Of a DNA stretch of 64,000 bases, positions 30,156-44,864 are shown piece after piece. Position numbers and translations under genes: made by a program. Location of the stretch: contig OX597828.1 in the NCBI GenBank assembly GCA_951406725.2, positions 46,004,001 through 46,068,000 of the forward strand, written 5' to 3'. The notes beneath the pieces were generated by a model. The model was not told the origin of the DNA. It did not search any database and saw only the letters and a list, made by a program, of their open reading frames with translations. Source of the stretch: Octopus vulgaris (taxonomy: Eukaryota). The stretch's first letter is position 1. Each line of letters begins with the position of its first letter.

Positions 30156-32299
30156 ACAATTATTTCGTTATCTACATTCCAATGATGGAACTCCGTACCT
30201 TTGTTAGAACCCAGATCCTTCTTCAGAGGAAGAATTTAAATAATTCAAACAGAAGATGGCATGTATTCATTCGTACATGGTTACATATCCCATACACCAT
30301 AGAATATGGACAACATTGACAAGAATAGCAGATTCTCCTGAATATGTAACTGATGCAACACTTGTTACTTGGAATTATACACTTTTGCCATCCATAAACA
30401 AGGGATTAGCTTCTGAATATGTGATCAACGAAAGAGATAAGGATCCCTCTCACAACCCTAGAATCTGCAGTGCCTTATCCCAACCCTAAAATATGCTTTC
30501 TTTTTCTTCTTTTCTTAAACTTACTTCTCTAATACTTTCCTACAATATTCTGAAGCCATTATTCTCATTATACCAACTTCAAAATATTGCCAAAAGATAA
30601 TAAGTTGCAAACAGGAAATCTATGTTTTTATGATCGTGTAAGACTGGCACACCGTCGGCTAAGATGACAAAGATTCAAGTTGATCCAGTCAACGGAAGAG
30701 TCTGCTCGTGAAATTAACTCCACTGAGCACTCCGCAGACACACTTGCCCTTAAGATAAATGCCAGGGGGATTCGGTTTGACAATGTGACAAGGCTTTGAA
30801 ATACAGGTATATCACATTTTTGCCAGCTGGAGCGTCGTGGCATAAATTGTCTTGCCTAAGGGCAGAACTCTCTGCCGGGAATAGATGTAAAAAGCTCACT
30901 ATCGTGGGCTGAATACTCTAAGAACTACCTCAATCATACGCCTTCACTTATAATGCATAATACAAAGTATGATAGAGAGTATGATATGATCATGCCTAAC
31001 ACAAATTAAGTCTTTTGCTAGAGACAAGTTGCTGTTTCATGCCAAATTATGAGACATGTCATATGACCATACGAACCTCTGGACTAAGCCTCCACCCATC
31101 CTTGTTCTCCTCTTCACTACTCTTCTTTGTTCTCGGAGTAACATTACTTGCTCTGTTTATTACTAATTATTCGTGTTTCTCATTGAAGTAAGAAGTTGTG
31201 AGCGAGTTGTTTGTGACGACCTCGATTTTATCGTTTACGTACGATCGTTGAGTGCGTAGCTGCAGCCATGCAAACAAATAAACATTTGAGTTTTATTAAA
31301 GTCATTCATTAAAAATTTCAATAAATGAAGGCGCAATATTCGTTGATTACAGACAGGTAATGAAAGAGCAATGACGATTTGTTCAGTACTGTTATCTTCT
31401 ATTAAGATAGCGGTATTTGATGTTATTTAGTAGTTTAGGTATGTACTACCGTGGGTATCATAGCAATTATTCCTGTTCCATATTTGGCTGATATGTTGAG
31501 TTTAAGATTTATTGTAATATCAACTATAGGTCTGACAGACTTATCATGTTTATTTTCATATTCTTTGAATCTCTCTTTTTAATTTTTATGTTGTTATTAA
31601 ACTAATGAAATAACGGCGATTTATGTCCAACCAAATATTTCTCGTTCATTTCAAGACGTAATTTCATTAAAAATTCAATAAATTTACCGAGAATCATTGC
31701 AATAAGAACATAAACCTCCCGCTACGTAATTTCTTGGCTTACGTAGCTTGAAGTGTTCGTATGATCTATGCAAGCGATATTTTGGAAGCCCGCTGCAGAA
31801 AGCCTCTAAGAGGTAGATTGTCTATCTAGATATAGTAGCTAAATCTCAGTTAGATGCTACCCAGTGGTCTTAAGGAATAGAATAGGAAGAACGCGTTCGA
31901 TATTTCTACAATTCTGGATATATCAAAAAAAAAAAAAGAAAGAATGAAAATAGATGATCGTTTTTATAATAGATTTGCTAGATCAAATATGATCATGGAA
32001 TAAAGAAGCAAACCGTATCCCACAGATATTTACACGTGAATGTATATAATAGTTTAATTTTAGAGACGAACAAAAATGCGCGCGAGCGTTTGTGTTCGTG
32101 CGCACGCGCTCGCGTATGTGTGTTGTGTGGAAGTGTGTGGAAGTGAATGTGCACGTGTGTGCATGTGAGTGCTCGTATATGCATATGTGTATTTGTTTAT
32201 ATTTAGATATGCATACAAATGCAGTCTTCTATCTTTTAACAAATGAATAGTAATGGATTTTCTGATAAATTAGATATCACTTTGATCATCTTGACCAAC

Positions 32300-32680
32300 C
32301 AGTCCGTCGGGCGTCCATTTGACACCGCAGGTCACAGCACGCTGTCCACTCCTCTCTGAATCGCGCCTTTCTCATTCACGTGATCCCAATCGTCCTTCTG
32401 AAATCGTAACTCCACCGTTGTGGAGGCCTTCCGAGTGGTCGTTTCTGCTCGTGCGGGTACCACTCGACAACTGCGCGGGTCCACCGATTATCGGTGAGCC
32501 GGGTGACGCGTCCAGCCCATCTTGCTGCGCGTATACTCTGCGATGACATCCCTCACGCCGGACTTCTTTCTGATGGCCTCGCTACTGATGTGCTCTCTCA
32601 ACGAGATACAAAGCATTGAACTTTCCATGGCTCTTTGAGCCGTTACCAGTCCCTGCTCTTCTCTCTTTGTTGTAGCCCAT
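32300..32680 (-). mobile_element. RTE-clade LINE 3' fragment
   Basis: AQRAMESSMLCISLREHI..EAIRKKSGVRDVI, followed by EWYP and RPPQRW remnants. Confidence 0.8.
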
Positions 32681-32779
32681 GTGTGTGTGTGTGTGTGTGT
32701 GTAAGTGTTCACATGTATGCCTGTGCGTGTGTCTGTATGTGTGAAGAGTGAAAAAATGAGTGACCCGCTTCGGTCGTGA

Positions 32780-33090
32780 ATGACTATTGCATTGAAACCT
32801 AGAAAGTTTCCCTCAGAATCACAAGTCCGAGCAAAGTTGATTATGGAAGGCCAGCAGTCACCCATGCATACCAGCGTCCCCTTACCATGCCAGCGATGTT
32901 ACCCAAGGGAAAGGTGAAGACCGATAGAGCTTGACATCAGTGACATCACTACTCACTTCTACAGCTGGGTGAAATAGAGCAACGTGAAATAAAGTGTTTT
33001 GCTCAAGACACAACACGCAGCCCGGTTCGGGAATCGGGCTCATAACCTCGTGATCGTAAGCTCGATGCTCTTACCACTGAGCCATGCGCC
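32780..33090 (-). mobile_element. Another tRNA-headed SINE, diverged
   Basis: AGGCGCATGGCTCAGTGGTAAGAGC A-box head and GTGTTGTGTCTTGAGCAAAACACTT body. Confidence 0.65.
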
Positions 33091-33479
33091 TGTCTGTGTA
33101 TGTATGAATACGAACAAAACGCCCCCCGTCCAATGGACGGTGCTGAGTTGTCAAACATTTAAACCAAATTTTCTCAAAACAACTTGTCCGACCGTCCCAT
33201 AGGCCTCCCCTTTGAGAAACACTGATTTAACCTAAATTTGAGACACCATCAAAAGAAGAAATAGCGATAGACATTTTTTACTATTCCAAAGAAAAACGAT
33301 TTTATTCACACAAATATGCAACCGAACAGTTTAAAGTACCAGTAATGATAAGGCTGTTGACTGGGAGAACACAAACATGGTTTAAACAGTAAGTTTGGCA
33401 GGAAAGAAATGTGCCTTTAAGCAGGAGAAAAACAACAAAAAATGGAAGGTGTAGTTATGTACATGTTGACGGAAGAAAA

Positions 33480-33665
33480 GTAGGAGAAAAACGGCTTTAT
33501 CGATCGCATTCACACCTGGAATCGATTTTTGTAATTTTTTCAAGACTTATACACGCCCTGATACCGTTGGTATCTACATATCAAATTTGAGCGCAATCGG
33601 ATGGAGGATGCCTGAGATCCGAGTAGACACACATACACACACAGAACGGATTTTATATAACAGAT
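33480..33665 (+). mobile_element. Possible Helitron/Helentron-associated non-autonomous element end
   Basis: AAATTTGAGCGCAATCGG...ACACATACACACACAGA..TTTTATATA resembles DINE-1/Lep1-type ends. Confidence 0.35.
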
Positions 33666-33970
33666 ATGTAATTATCATGTATGTATGCGTATATCATCGT
33701 TTCGAGGACAATACATACAAGTTAGACACGGGGGTCAATGATTTCGACTTACGCCTACCAACAAAACTGCTGACCTTGTACTAAAATTGGAAACCATTAT
33801 TCTTATTACTGATTTGACTCAGGTTCTGTGTTATTCCTGGTAGATTTTATGTGGGTAGCGGAAACTTATAACCTTAAGTATCTACTAGCTTTCAATAGTC
33901 TTCCAAGTGCTTAGAACACTCCTGATATTCTTTCGTGTCCCTAAGAGGCAAAATTTCTGCAGAAGTTCTA

Positions 33971-34380
33971 GGCGCAGGAGTGGCTGTGTGGTAAGTAGCT
34001 TGTTTACCAACCACATGGTTCCGGGTTCAGTGCCACTGCGTGGCACCTTGGGCAAGTGTCTTCTGCTATAGCCTCGGGCCGACCAAAGCCTTGTGAGTGG
34101 ATTTGGTAGACGGAAACTGAAAGAAGCCTGTCGTATATATGCATATATATTTATATATGTGTGTGCGTGTATGTCTGTGTTTGTCCCCCTAGCATTGCTT
34201 GACAACCGATGCTGGTGTGTTTATGTCCCCGTCACTTAGCGGTTCGGCAAAAGAGACCGATAGAATAAGTACTGGGCTTACAAACGAATAAGTCCCGGGG
34301 TCGAGTTGCTCGATGAAAGGCGGTGCTCCAGCATGGCCGCAGTCAAATGACTGAAACAAGTAAAAGAGTAAAGAGTAAAG
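33971..34380 (+). mobile_element. SINE family A
   Basis: Family consensus, full length. Confidence 0.92.
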
Positions 34381-34387
34381 AGAGAGA

Positions 34388-34745
34388 ACATTCTATTCCA
34401 ATCTTCTTCAACCATTCTCCTTCAACCATATCTTTGCTTACAGATCCCAATGCACCAACTATTATAAGCACAACCTTTACAATTTTTTCATATTCCGAAA
34501 TCTTGCAATTTCAGATGTTCAAAGAATTGTATTTTGTTTTTGTTTATTTTTTTTTCATCTTCTTTCTTTTAAGATTCTGGAATGAAAGGGACGCGATGGA
34601 TCAATTGTTAAGCAACTTCTCATTTCCTTGTCTGTTATTGTTATGTCTAGTTTATTATTTTCTAGCTTTCAACAGGAAAAGGAACAGCCTACAAAATTAT
34701 ATATTTCTCTCACTGCAACTCTCTTTCGACCCAATGACCAGATGT
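34388..34745 (-). mobile_element. Degraded R4/Dong-like RLE fragment
   Basis: VVLIIVGALGSVSK remnant adjacent to the (TAT)n array at 34750-35066. Confidence 0.55.
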
Positions 34746-34762
34746 TCGTATCATCATCATCA

Positions 34763-34850
<88 letters not shown>

Positions 34851-34870
34851 CATTATTATTATTATTATTA

Positions 34871-34918
<48 letters not shown>

Positions 34919-34944
34919 TATTATTATTCTTATTGTTATTATCT

Positions 34945-34996
<52 letters not shown>

Positions 34997-35019
34997 CATT
35001 ATTATTATTATCATTATTA

Positions 35020-35056
<37 letters not shown>

Positions 35057-35067
35057 CATTATTATTA

Positions 35068-35275
35068 AGGTGCTGAACTGGCAGAATCGTTAGTACGCCG
35101 GGCGAAATGCTTAGCGTTATTTCGTCTGTCGCTACGTTCTGAGTTCAAATTCCGTCTTGGCTGACTTTGCTTTTCATCCTTTTGGGGTCGATAAATTAAG
35201 TACTAGCAAAACACTAGGGGGTTGATGAAATCCCCGCCCCTAAATTTCAGGTCTTGTGCCTACAGTAGAAATGAT
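35068..35275 (+). mobile_element. SINE family C, diverged
   Basis: Head and Meta-like domain. Confidence 0.75.
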
Positions 35276-36506
35276 TTTTATTATTATTATTATTTTTATT
35301 TTTATGCATGTTAGTTTCTATAAGGAAAATAGATATATGCACATATGTGAATTCACACATACATACACACATGCACATACATACATACATTCCTGCATGC
35401 ATGAATACATACAGACATACATGTGTGCGATTATATTAAATCATCACAGCTTTAACTTTATTTTTTAAAAGACAAATAAAGAAACGATTACTATACGTGG
35501 CACAAAAGGTTTTTACGCTTAATTTTCTAACCTAGATGTCATTTTTTTTTCCACTTTTGAGAAAATTCAAATTTTATATCCCCAGTGTCATATAAATTTA
35601 CTTTTGTCAAAATCATAAAATATATTGCAATAAATCGTTATTAACACCTTTTTTTATATGTATTATTTGTTCAAGATAATTTTTGAATGCCAAATAACCA
35701 TAACAGTATGAGTGAAGCTAGGAAAAAAAATGAGCTAAAATGATGTAACTTATATGAAAACAAAGCATAAAAAAAACTGTAATATAAATGAAAAAAAAAG
35801 AAGGAATAAAATAAAAAATAAAATAGCACGCTGAAAAGAAAGAAATAAAATGTTTCTGTCTGAAATTTATTCACTTGACTGTCTGAAATTTGACAAATCG
35901 GTCAAATGTCCCAAAAGTAGGTCTTTTTCTCTTTTCTACCTTGAATCGGTTTTCTATAATTTCAAATATCGTGTTACATTGGAAATCTCCACAGTTAATT
36001 GATTTGTAAGTTTTGCTACGTATTTCAAACGAAATCATTGTATTTTCGTCTTAGTTACACAGCACATTGGTTAGCTCTGGCGCATGATCTTTTATCTTCT
36101 CCGTCATAATGGCGGTGCCCCAGCATGGCCACAGCTCGTGAGCTGAAACTAGAATCAATCATTCAAAAAATACCATTGAACTATAGCCATGCTTTACGTT
36201 TATTAATCAAACTTTAGTTCTATTCAACGCAGCCCTTAGGCAAAAATTGTTGGATGTTAGACGACAGTATCTTTCAGTACCTATTTATCCCAGCATTCTG
36301 AGATCAATTCCTCCGAAGTTTGATTTTTATCTCTCTATTTTAAAATCAAGGCTGCTTTAAAGTATGATCCCTTAGCATCGGTGGAATAGGCGGAACATCG
36401 AGCTGGATGTCTTGTTGCTTTTATTTCGGCTGTTGGTGTTCTCGGCTCAAATCCCAACATGGATTATTTGGGTAATAGACTTAATCCGTTAATCGGTTTA
36501 ACGCTA

Positions 36507-36638
36507 TTAGCTAATCCTTGGGTACTTTTTGCGGAGGCTGCTCTGTTTGCAAATGTTTGAACCACACCTCACATCTGTGGATCCCTTTCTCCCGCATTCC
36601 CACCAGAAAGAGATTATGGGCTCTGTTACACCTCCAGA
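36507..36638 (-). CDS. Candidate terminal exon, unknown product
   Basis: Acceptor ttttttattccttag; phase-0 reading SGGVTEPIISFWWECG...YPRIS* is compatible with the 38236-38485 candidate. No homology recognised. Confidence 0.25.
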   Translation of the reverse strand, partial: SGGVTEPIISFWWECGRKGSTDVRCGSNICKQSSLRKKYPRIS

Positions 36639-38235
36639 CTAAGGAATAAAAAATTAAAAAGAGATATTTTATAGCAGAATATGTATCTCGAATCAGTTGT
36701 AACCTCAGTACATTTGAGGAGTTAATGTTATCCAACATGCACTCTAGATGAATTTGAAGTTGCGCTTGTGAAATTCACGTTAGAGTCTCCATAAAAAGAA
36801 AAAAAAACTAATTAAAAATTAATATTTATCCTCGCAGATAATTATCTCGCGCTAACGATATAAACGTGAGCGCTTACATGCACCACAAGTCCATATTGCA
36901 GATCATCTCATGATAAACGATGCAGTATTCTGGGGTCTAACACAACATCCACTTTTAAGTGAGGATAAATATCACATTTTGCTTGCAGTAGTGCTTCTTT
37001 TGCAATTAACTATTAATTATCAATTAAAAACTATTTAAACGATTGCCAGTCAATGAAATAGAATTGCCTTTCATCCTTTCGGGGTCGATATATTAAGTAT
37101 CAGTTGCGTACTGGGGTCGATCTAATCGACTGGCTCCTTCCCCGCAAATTTCAGGCCTTGTGTCTAGAGTAGAAAAGAATTGATTTCAAATTGATTTCAA
37201 ATATGATTCGAATGTTGGGTTCAACGAAGAGGCAAATGCATCGTTTGTGATGGAGAATATATTAAGTATTCGCTTTAGAAAACAAAGCAAAAAACCCCCC
37301 CGAAAAACAAGAAAAAGATATTACTCTACCAGCTTGTGCAGTTTGAGCGACCTATGTCAGTTAATAAAAAGTTATGCGCTATTTTGCATTGCTTTCAGTA
37401 AAGCTCTCGTATATCCAGCTATGTTATGTTAACCGCTGTAGATAGCTTAATTTGATTCTAAACGTAGTATACATTACCTCAATTTAGCCCCGCTGTTCGT
37501 CGTCTAAACTACACATTATTCTAACAGTTTTAACTCAGCGCTGTAGTTCCTGTAAAATAAACCCACCAGTTTTTTTTTAATAACTGCATCAACAGATTCT
37601 CCAGCAGGTGAATACTATGAGCTAATTAATGCAACATGCTGCTAGGCGCTAAAACGAGCATAATTCTACCAAAAGCATCAACTTCACATTAATGATATAT
37701 TTTTAATCCTATCACGGAAATATCATCAAGAGTTGAAGGATGTGTTTTTAATGTTGACCTTGACAACGTTTAGCAGCCAACATCTCAAACGTATTTCAAT
37801 CGTCTGTTCTTCCATAAAAAAAAAATGTATTCTCGCAAATCCGCTGCGTATTAGTTTAAGCAAAACAGCTCTTCCAATAGATATCTACATATCCATGTCT
37901 TAAACATACACACACACACAGAGACACACACACAATGTGTAATGAAGATCCATATTGAAACTGTGTGAGTATGTGTGTAGTATGCATAAGTTTATATACA
38001 GGTGTGTGTGTGTGTGTTGGTGTATGTGTGTATAAATATAGATCTATATCTGCATCTATATATCATATACATATAATCTTCTATGTATGTCTGTGCACCT
38101 GAGTGTATATGCGTGTGCGTGCATGTGTATGTAATGTACCTACATATATACATACATTCATAGCTGCACATCTTCATGCATGTATGCATTATATCAATTT
38201 CTTTATCTTATAATTCAACGCAGAATCTCTCTTAC

Positions 38236-38485
38236 CGTTGATATGATCAATTTCAATACGCGAATCTTCCTACAACCCAGGCAGTTATCGCCCAAACAAG
38301 ACCCCCATATAACACCATCTACCCTGTCTGACCCGATACTACCTCCAGTTGCTATGTCTGAAACAATTATCTTCAAAATGTTAGACGAGAAGGTGGTGGC
38401 GTCCATAACCTTTATAGATATTTCCAGACTGTTGAAATCGGTGTTATTGCCGCTTAGTTCCGTTTGAAGACTTGCAGGTCGTTGT
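38236..38485 (-). CDS. Candidate internal exon, unknown product
   Basis: Unique, relatively GC-richer island bounded by ttttattataag and gtaaga. One frame is open for 83 codons (QRPASLQTELSG...KLIIST). Confidence 0.3.
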
Positions 38486-40764
38486 CTTATAATAAAATGA
38501 ATAATGTGTGAGGTGGGGACTAGCAAAGGATTAAATAACTGGGGAGAGAATTGTAGATAGATATTTATTGCGATTAATTAAAGGTAGAAGTAGAAGTTAA
38601 GTGAGGCAAAGTAAAATGAAATAGCGAAGCTCAGGTAACATAAGTAGCTAGCCTAAAGGAGTAGGATCGTGAATGGGATTCAAATTTTGGCATAGAGAAA
38701 GAGAGTGCGGAGTAAGGGGTAAGTCGATTACATCGATCTCGGTTTTCAACTGATACTTATTTTATCGATCCCGAGAGGATTAACGGCAAATTTGACCTCG
38801 GCAGAATTTGAACTCAGAACGTAAGAAGCTCAGATAATACAGCTCGACGCCTTACCAAGAGATCAAAATTATCAAGCATTTGAACTTGACTTTATTCTTG
38901 ATGTTAACCATAGATTCGTCCTCTTGGAATGGTCTATGATCAAAGACGTTCCAACATTAATCATCCTACTTTTTAAAGCCAAAGTGGATAAGTGTTCCAA
39001 GGACTATCTCATCAAGTGCGTCGGCTTGGGTATTGCTTGAGGGTATATAATCTGGTGAGTATTCCATTTCAGACCAAAAAATGGTGTATGGAACTTATCG
39101 CTGAGCTTTGTATTCGTAATGTGTGAGAGTGAACACTTGCCATTCGTGCGTTAGCTATTTTGTATACAGTATCAGCAACATCTCAAATCAGCATTAATCA
39201 AATCTAGGTTATTCTTTCAGAATCACACATACATCAGCACTATTCGAATGTTGTGGTGTTGCCTTTTTATTAGAGATCGATCAGCGCTAATTGAATCTGA
39301 GTTTTCTTCTATATTTCATTCAGTTCGAGCAGCACCATTTGGACGCGAGCCTTTCTTTATACACTTCAAATTCAAAAACTTAAAAAACTGGAACGTCAGT
39401 TTTTCTTTATATTTTATATCGATGATCAGCATTATTCGAAAGAGGATTTTACTTTATATTCGAATGGGATTTTTTCCTTTACAGTCTCAGATATATCTGC
39501 GCTATTCGAATGTTTTAGGGTTTTCGAAGCTCTTCGATCCACCATCGCTAAAGCATATTGGAAGTGTGGAAATGTGAAAATCAAAATCCTGTACAGGGAT
39601 CATCACAAAAAAAGATGATTGGCTTTAAGAAAGAAACCAACGTGAAAATTGCAAATCAGACAATGCCATCTTACTTAGTAAATAAAAATGTCACACTTCA
39701 TAATAAAGAAGAACTGAAGTCGCTGAGGTTACGATAAAAGAGACATGAACAAAACAAGTAATAACACTAAGCTATTTAGTGTGTTGGTGAGTGGAGGTCA
39801 ATATTATATTCTTATATTTATGTTGTTTTTTTTTGTATTAAGGTGGGGAGGATTAACTCATCTCTAGAGGGCAGTAGACGAAGTGGCAGTATTATATTTA
39901 CAACGATTCAGTTAAATGTACCACTTACATGCGAAAATTATGTTGTAGCTTATTTATAAGAATTTCAGTGTTTACAATTTTCATTGAAGAAACAAAGCTT
40001 CCCATATAAGATGACAACTAGCTAAATAGGTTCTTATATCAAAGTGTACACACGGCTGATCTCACCATAGAATGTCTGTGTGTTTGGAACTTGTTCGACT
40101 TTTCCGGCAAACTTTTATTAGTTCTATTTGATTTGTTTAACTTTTATTTTTACATATTACAAATTTCAAAAGTGGCTTTTCAAAAAAAAAAAAAAAAAGA
40201 TCCGTCTGGGCCACATCGGTTATCTAAATAAAAGGATTCTACATTTTCATTGGTCTTAATATATACTGAATTCCCCGTTAAGTTTATGCTTAATTGAGAG
40301 CTAACTGAAGTGTTTGGGATTCATGTAATATTTAAGAGTCACAAAGTAGGTTCCGTATTTCGTACACAAACACACATTGGTAGATTTACATAAGCACACA
40401 GTCACACACACAGACACACACATATTCACGCACATGGGTATTCATACAATAAAACCAGTTGCTAAATACATCTTTAACAAGAAGATATAACTGTCAAAAT
40501 GTAGTCAACTAATATTTATCGACCACCATTTGATACTTTTCAGTAATTAGATTGTGAACGCATTTCATCACAGAGAGACGAGCTGCTATTAAAGAGATTT
40601 TATCTCTTGTATTTCTGAAGACACGAAGTCCATATCATACCATTGCGGGACTAATAAAACAGTGTAGAACTCAGTATACGTATGTGCCCGAACGAAGTGT
40701 TAGCTGGTTGATTGTTTGAAATGGTGTACAAATTTAATGTATTAAAAACAAGCCGTATTATGCA

Positions 40765-41718
40765 GGCGGGGAGTATCCCTCTGAAGCTGGTAAACCTCAT
40801 ACAGGGTTACTAACGTTCAACGAGGGCTCGTGTGAGGGTCCATGGCTGGGAGACGGAGTCATTTGATGTCACTACCGGTGTTCGAAAGGGTTGTGCGCTC
40901 TCACCAACCCTATTCAATTACTCCATCGATTACATTCTCAACACTGCGCTTCGGGACTACCCGGGCGTAGAGGCTGGGAGAGGAGTCGCGGTGACGGACC
41001 TGGCCTATGCAGATGACATCGCGCTCTTGGCCTCTAACCGGGCAGATGTCCAAGATGCTTTCGAAAGGGCACAAGCGGCGGCGGCAGCTGTCGGTCTTCG
41101 GATCAATGCTGGCAAAACCAAAGTGATGACGTCTCTGGTCGCAGCAGATGAATGGCAGCCAATCGTCCTCGAGGGCGTGGAGCTGGAGGATGTGGAGTCC
41201 TTCGTCTACATGGGTTCAACGGTGGTTCCAACGGGCCAGGGCGCAACCGAGGTCGAGCGTCGCATAGCTGTTGGCGGCTCCACATTCGTGTGCCTCCAGC
41301 GGTGCCTGTAGGACAGAAGAGAGATCTCCTCGGTGACCAAAGGGCGAATTTACCAGGCCGTCATTCGTACTATCCTCCTCTATGGTTGCGAAACATGGCC
41401 TATGAGGGTAGTCGATCAGCGAAGGCTGGAGATGTTCGACAACGACTGCGTCCGCCGCATTCTTCGCTGCCAACGCATTGATCGGGTTCCTGTAGCCGGT
41501 CTTCGTCATCGCCTGAGTCTCCGGACCCTCCTTTCGGTGCTTCTACAACGGCGCTTAACGTGGTTCGGTCATGCGGCCCGGCGTCCAGAGGGTGAGCTGA
41601 TTTGCGATGTCCTCCTCCCACCTCCACTTCCCAGCTGGCGCAAACACACGGGCGGACAGCTGAAGACCTGGGCAACGACGATTAAGGAGGACCTCTCCGA
41701 ACTATCAGGTCCGCAACC
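40765..41718 (+). mobile_element. RTE-clade LINE reverse transcriptase fragment (GC-rich)
   Basis: GVRKGCALSPTLF, LAYADD, INAGKTK, LLYGCETW, WFGHAAR; isolated in-frame stops. Confidence 0.92.
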
Positions 41719-41759
41719 TAGTGCAAGAATTTGAAACCAATATTATATTAATGACTTCA

Positions 41760-42006
41760 GCTAGGCACACAGACCTTTTTTGGAATATGCATAGAGCCTG
41801 AAATTTTTTTGAGTGGGGTCTATTCGATTACATCGAGTCCAGTGCTCAACTGGTACTTATTTTATCGACCCTAAGAGGATTGAAAGGCAAAGCTGACCCC
41901 TGTGGCATTTGAACCCAGAACGGTGGAATTCAGTTTGAGAACGTAAAGCAGGAAGAAATTTCACTGAACACTTTGTCTGGCGTCGTAACTATTCAGCCAC
42001 GCCGCC
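41760..42006 (-). mobile_element. SINE family C, diverged
   Basis: Meta-like domain on the minus strand. Confidence 0.65.
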
Positions 42007-42362
42007 TCTTTAGCTTGATACGTAATGTTTGAACAACAAATAACAAAAGGGGGATACTGTGATTTTAAAACATTTCACCGTGTATTTCCTGGATCAGAAC
42101 TGAAGGGAGATTAAACAAGATTTGGTGATAGGAAATGCTACATTGAACAAGGATTGAACAACACTCAGTGAGAGCGATTGCTGGGGTGATTGCAATGAAG
42201 GATTAAGTGGTCAGTCTGACAAAAATTACATAAGAAAGAGCAGCATGTTTGCTAGTCTGAATACAATCTAAATTAAGCCTTGATACATGCAATGCTGTCA
42301 TGCCTAGATCATTAAATAGCTGTGTTGATGTGCAAAGTTCTCGCTCTGCTTTCCCCCTCACT

Positions 42363-42409
<47 letters not shown>

Positions 42410-42470
42410 ATTCATATTGTGTCTGTATATTATGTGCGTGTATGCGGTTAGAAATTTATATTTGATATAA

Positions 42471-42895
42471 GCGTAGGAGTGGCTGTGTGGTAAGTAGCTT
42501 GCTTACCAAACCACATGGTTCCGAGTTCAGTCCCACTACGTGGGATCTTGAGCAAGTGTCTTCTACTATAGCCTCGGGTCCATCAAAGCCTTCTGAGTGG
42601 ATTTGGTAGATGGAAACTGGAAGAATCCCGTCGTATATATATATATATGTATATGTATTTATATATGTATGTATGTATGTATGTATATATGTTTGTGTCT
42701 GTGTTTGTCCCCCAACATCTCTTAACTGATGCTGGTGTGTTTATGCCCCCGTAACTTAACGGTTCAGCAAAAGATTCCGATAGAATAAGTACTAGGCTTA
42801 CAAAGAATAAGTCCTGTGGTCGCATTGCTCGACTAAAGGCGGTGCTCCAGTATGGCCTCAATCAAATGACTGAAACAAGTAAATGAGTAAAGAAT
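42471..42895 (+). mobile_element. SINE family A
   Basis: Family consensus. Confidence 0.88.
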
Positions 42896-43217
42896 ACACT
42901 AATATACGATACATAAATTTGTGGCTGTGTACATACGCAAACATGTGTTGAGAAACAGAGACATATTATCTATTAACATACTGAATGCAATAAGAAAAAA
43001 AACTCCTACTCGATTTGTTAAGAACTCAGTGTTTTAGATTGGTGTGAGTATATATACTTAATGTATATTTATATAAGCATATGCGTACATATATTTCATC
43101 TTTTACTTGTTTCATTCATGAGATATCAACCATGATGAGCCACAGCATTGAAGGGAAACAAACGGTAAAACAAAGGCATGCACTGATAAACACACCTATA
43201 CAAACATACATACGTTG

Positions 43218-43272
<55 letters not shown>

Positions 43273-43444
43273 GTTGGCTTGTTTAGGTTCCCGCCTATCA
43301 AATTCATTCACAAGACTAGGGCCGTCTTAGATCTATAGTAGAATATACCTGCTCAAGTTGCCACGCAGTGGGACTGAACCTAGAACGTTATGTACTTAAA
43401 TAATGACATATAACCTGGTGCTTACCTCTTCTAAGCCAATGCTT

Positions 43445-43513
<69 letters not shown>

Positions 43514-43547
43514 TGAGAGAGAGAGACACACACACACACATACACAT

Positions 43548-43594
<47 letters not shown>

Positions 43595-44007
43595 GACATA
43601 CAGACATTTGTGTGTGCATTTTTATGTATTCATATATGTATATTTTTGAAAGCTGAACACGTCGTACGACCATAAACAATCCTGTTTCCTATAGTCACAA
43701 GGCCTGAAATTCTGGGGCAGGGGGCTAATCGATTACATCGACTCCAGTATACAACTGGTACTTAAATTATCGATCCGAAAAGATGAAAGACAAAGTCGAC
43801 CTCGGTGGAATTTTGAACTCAGGAAGCTCGCCGCCTGGTGGTACATACGCATATATATATATATATATATTCTTTATATTTGTTTCAGTCATTTGACTGC
43901 GGCCATGCTGGAGCACCACATTTAGTCGAGAAAATCGATCCCAGGACTTATTCTTTGTAAGCCTAGTTGAGAAAACGCTAACTGACCTGGAGAACAGAAA
44001 GCCTTAA

Positions 44008-44445
44008 AATATTCATTTCTACTCAAGGCGCAAGGCCAAAATTTTGGGGGAGGGGGTCAGTCGATTATATAGATCCCGGTACGCAACTGGTACTTAATTT
44101 ATCGCCGCCAAAAGAATGAAAGGCAAGTCAACCTCGGCGGAATTTGAACTTAGAACATAAAGACAGACAGACGAAACACCGCGAAGCATTTCGCCTGGCG
44201 TGCTAACGTTTCTTATTTATTTATTGCCCACAAGGGGCTAAACACAGAGGGGACAAACAAGGACAGACAAACGGATTAAGTTGATTATATCGACCCCAGT
44301 GCGTAACTCGTACTTAATTTATCGCCCCCGAAAGAATGAAAGGCAAAGTCGACCTCGGCGGAATTTGAACTCAGAACGTAGCAGCAGACGAAACAGCGCG
44401 AAACATTTCGCCTGGCGTGCTAACGCTTCTGCCAGCTCACCGCAT
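44008..44445 (-). mobile_element. SINE family C, two-body composite
   Basis: Head at about 44445 followed by two tandem Meta-like bodies with different 3' ends. A further fragment lies at 43685-43835. Confidence 0.8.
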
Positions 44446-44657
44446 TAAGCCATTAAAATATTGAAAAACAGATATCTGCATCATGATGGCTTGAGTCGGG
44501 TGTCAAATTTCCAACACTTTGACTACTACTGAATGCTCTATAAACATTGTGGTGACTGTTAGATGTGGCTTGGACATCAATGGATTTTGTGCCAGACGCT
44601 CTAACCGCTGAGCCATGCACCATCATACACACCACACATACATACACACACACATAA

Positions 44658-44719
<62 letters not shown>

Positions 44720-44735
44720 GATAGATAGATAGATT

Positions 44736-44781
<46 letters not shown>

Positions 44782-44833
44782 CAAACAGACAGACAGATAC
44801 ATACATAGATAGATAGATAGATACATACATACA

Positions 44834-44864
<31 letters not shown>

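Noticed and set aside
30256-30489. 77-aa plus-strand ORF in unique sequence
   Set aside because: No recognisable motif and weak splice context; cannot be supported without expression data.
39240-39550. Clustered ATTCGAA motifs as a heat-shock-like regulatory array
   Set aside because: Irregular spacing; more consistent with subterminal repeats of a decayed MITE, and not resolvable by eye.
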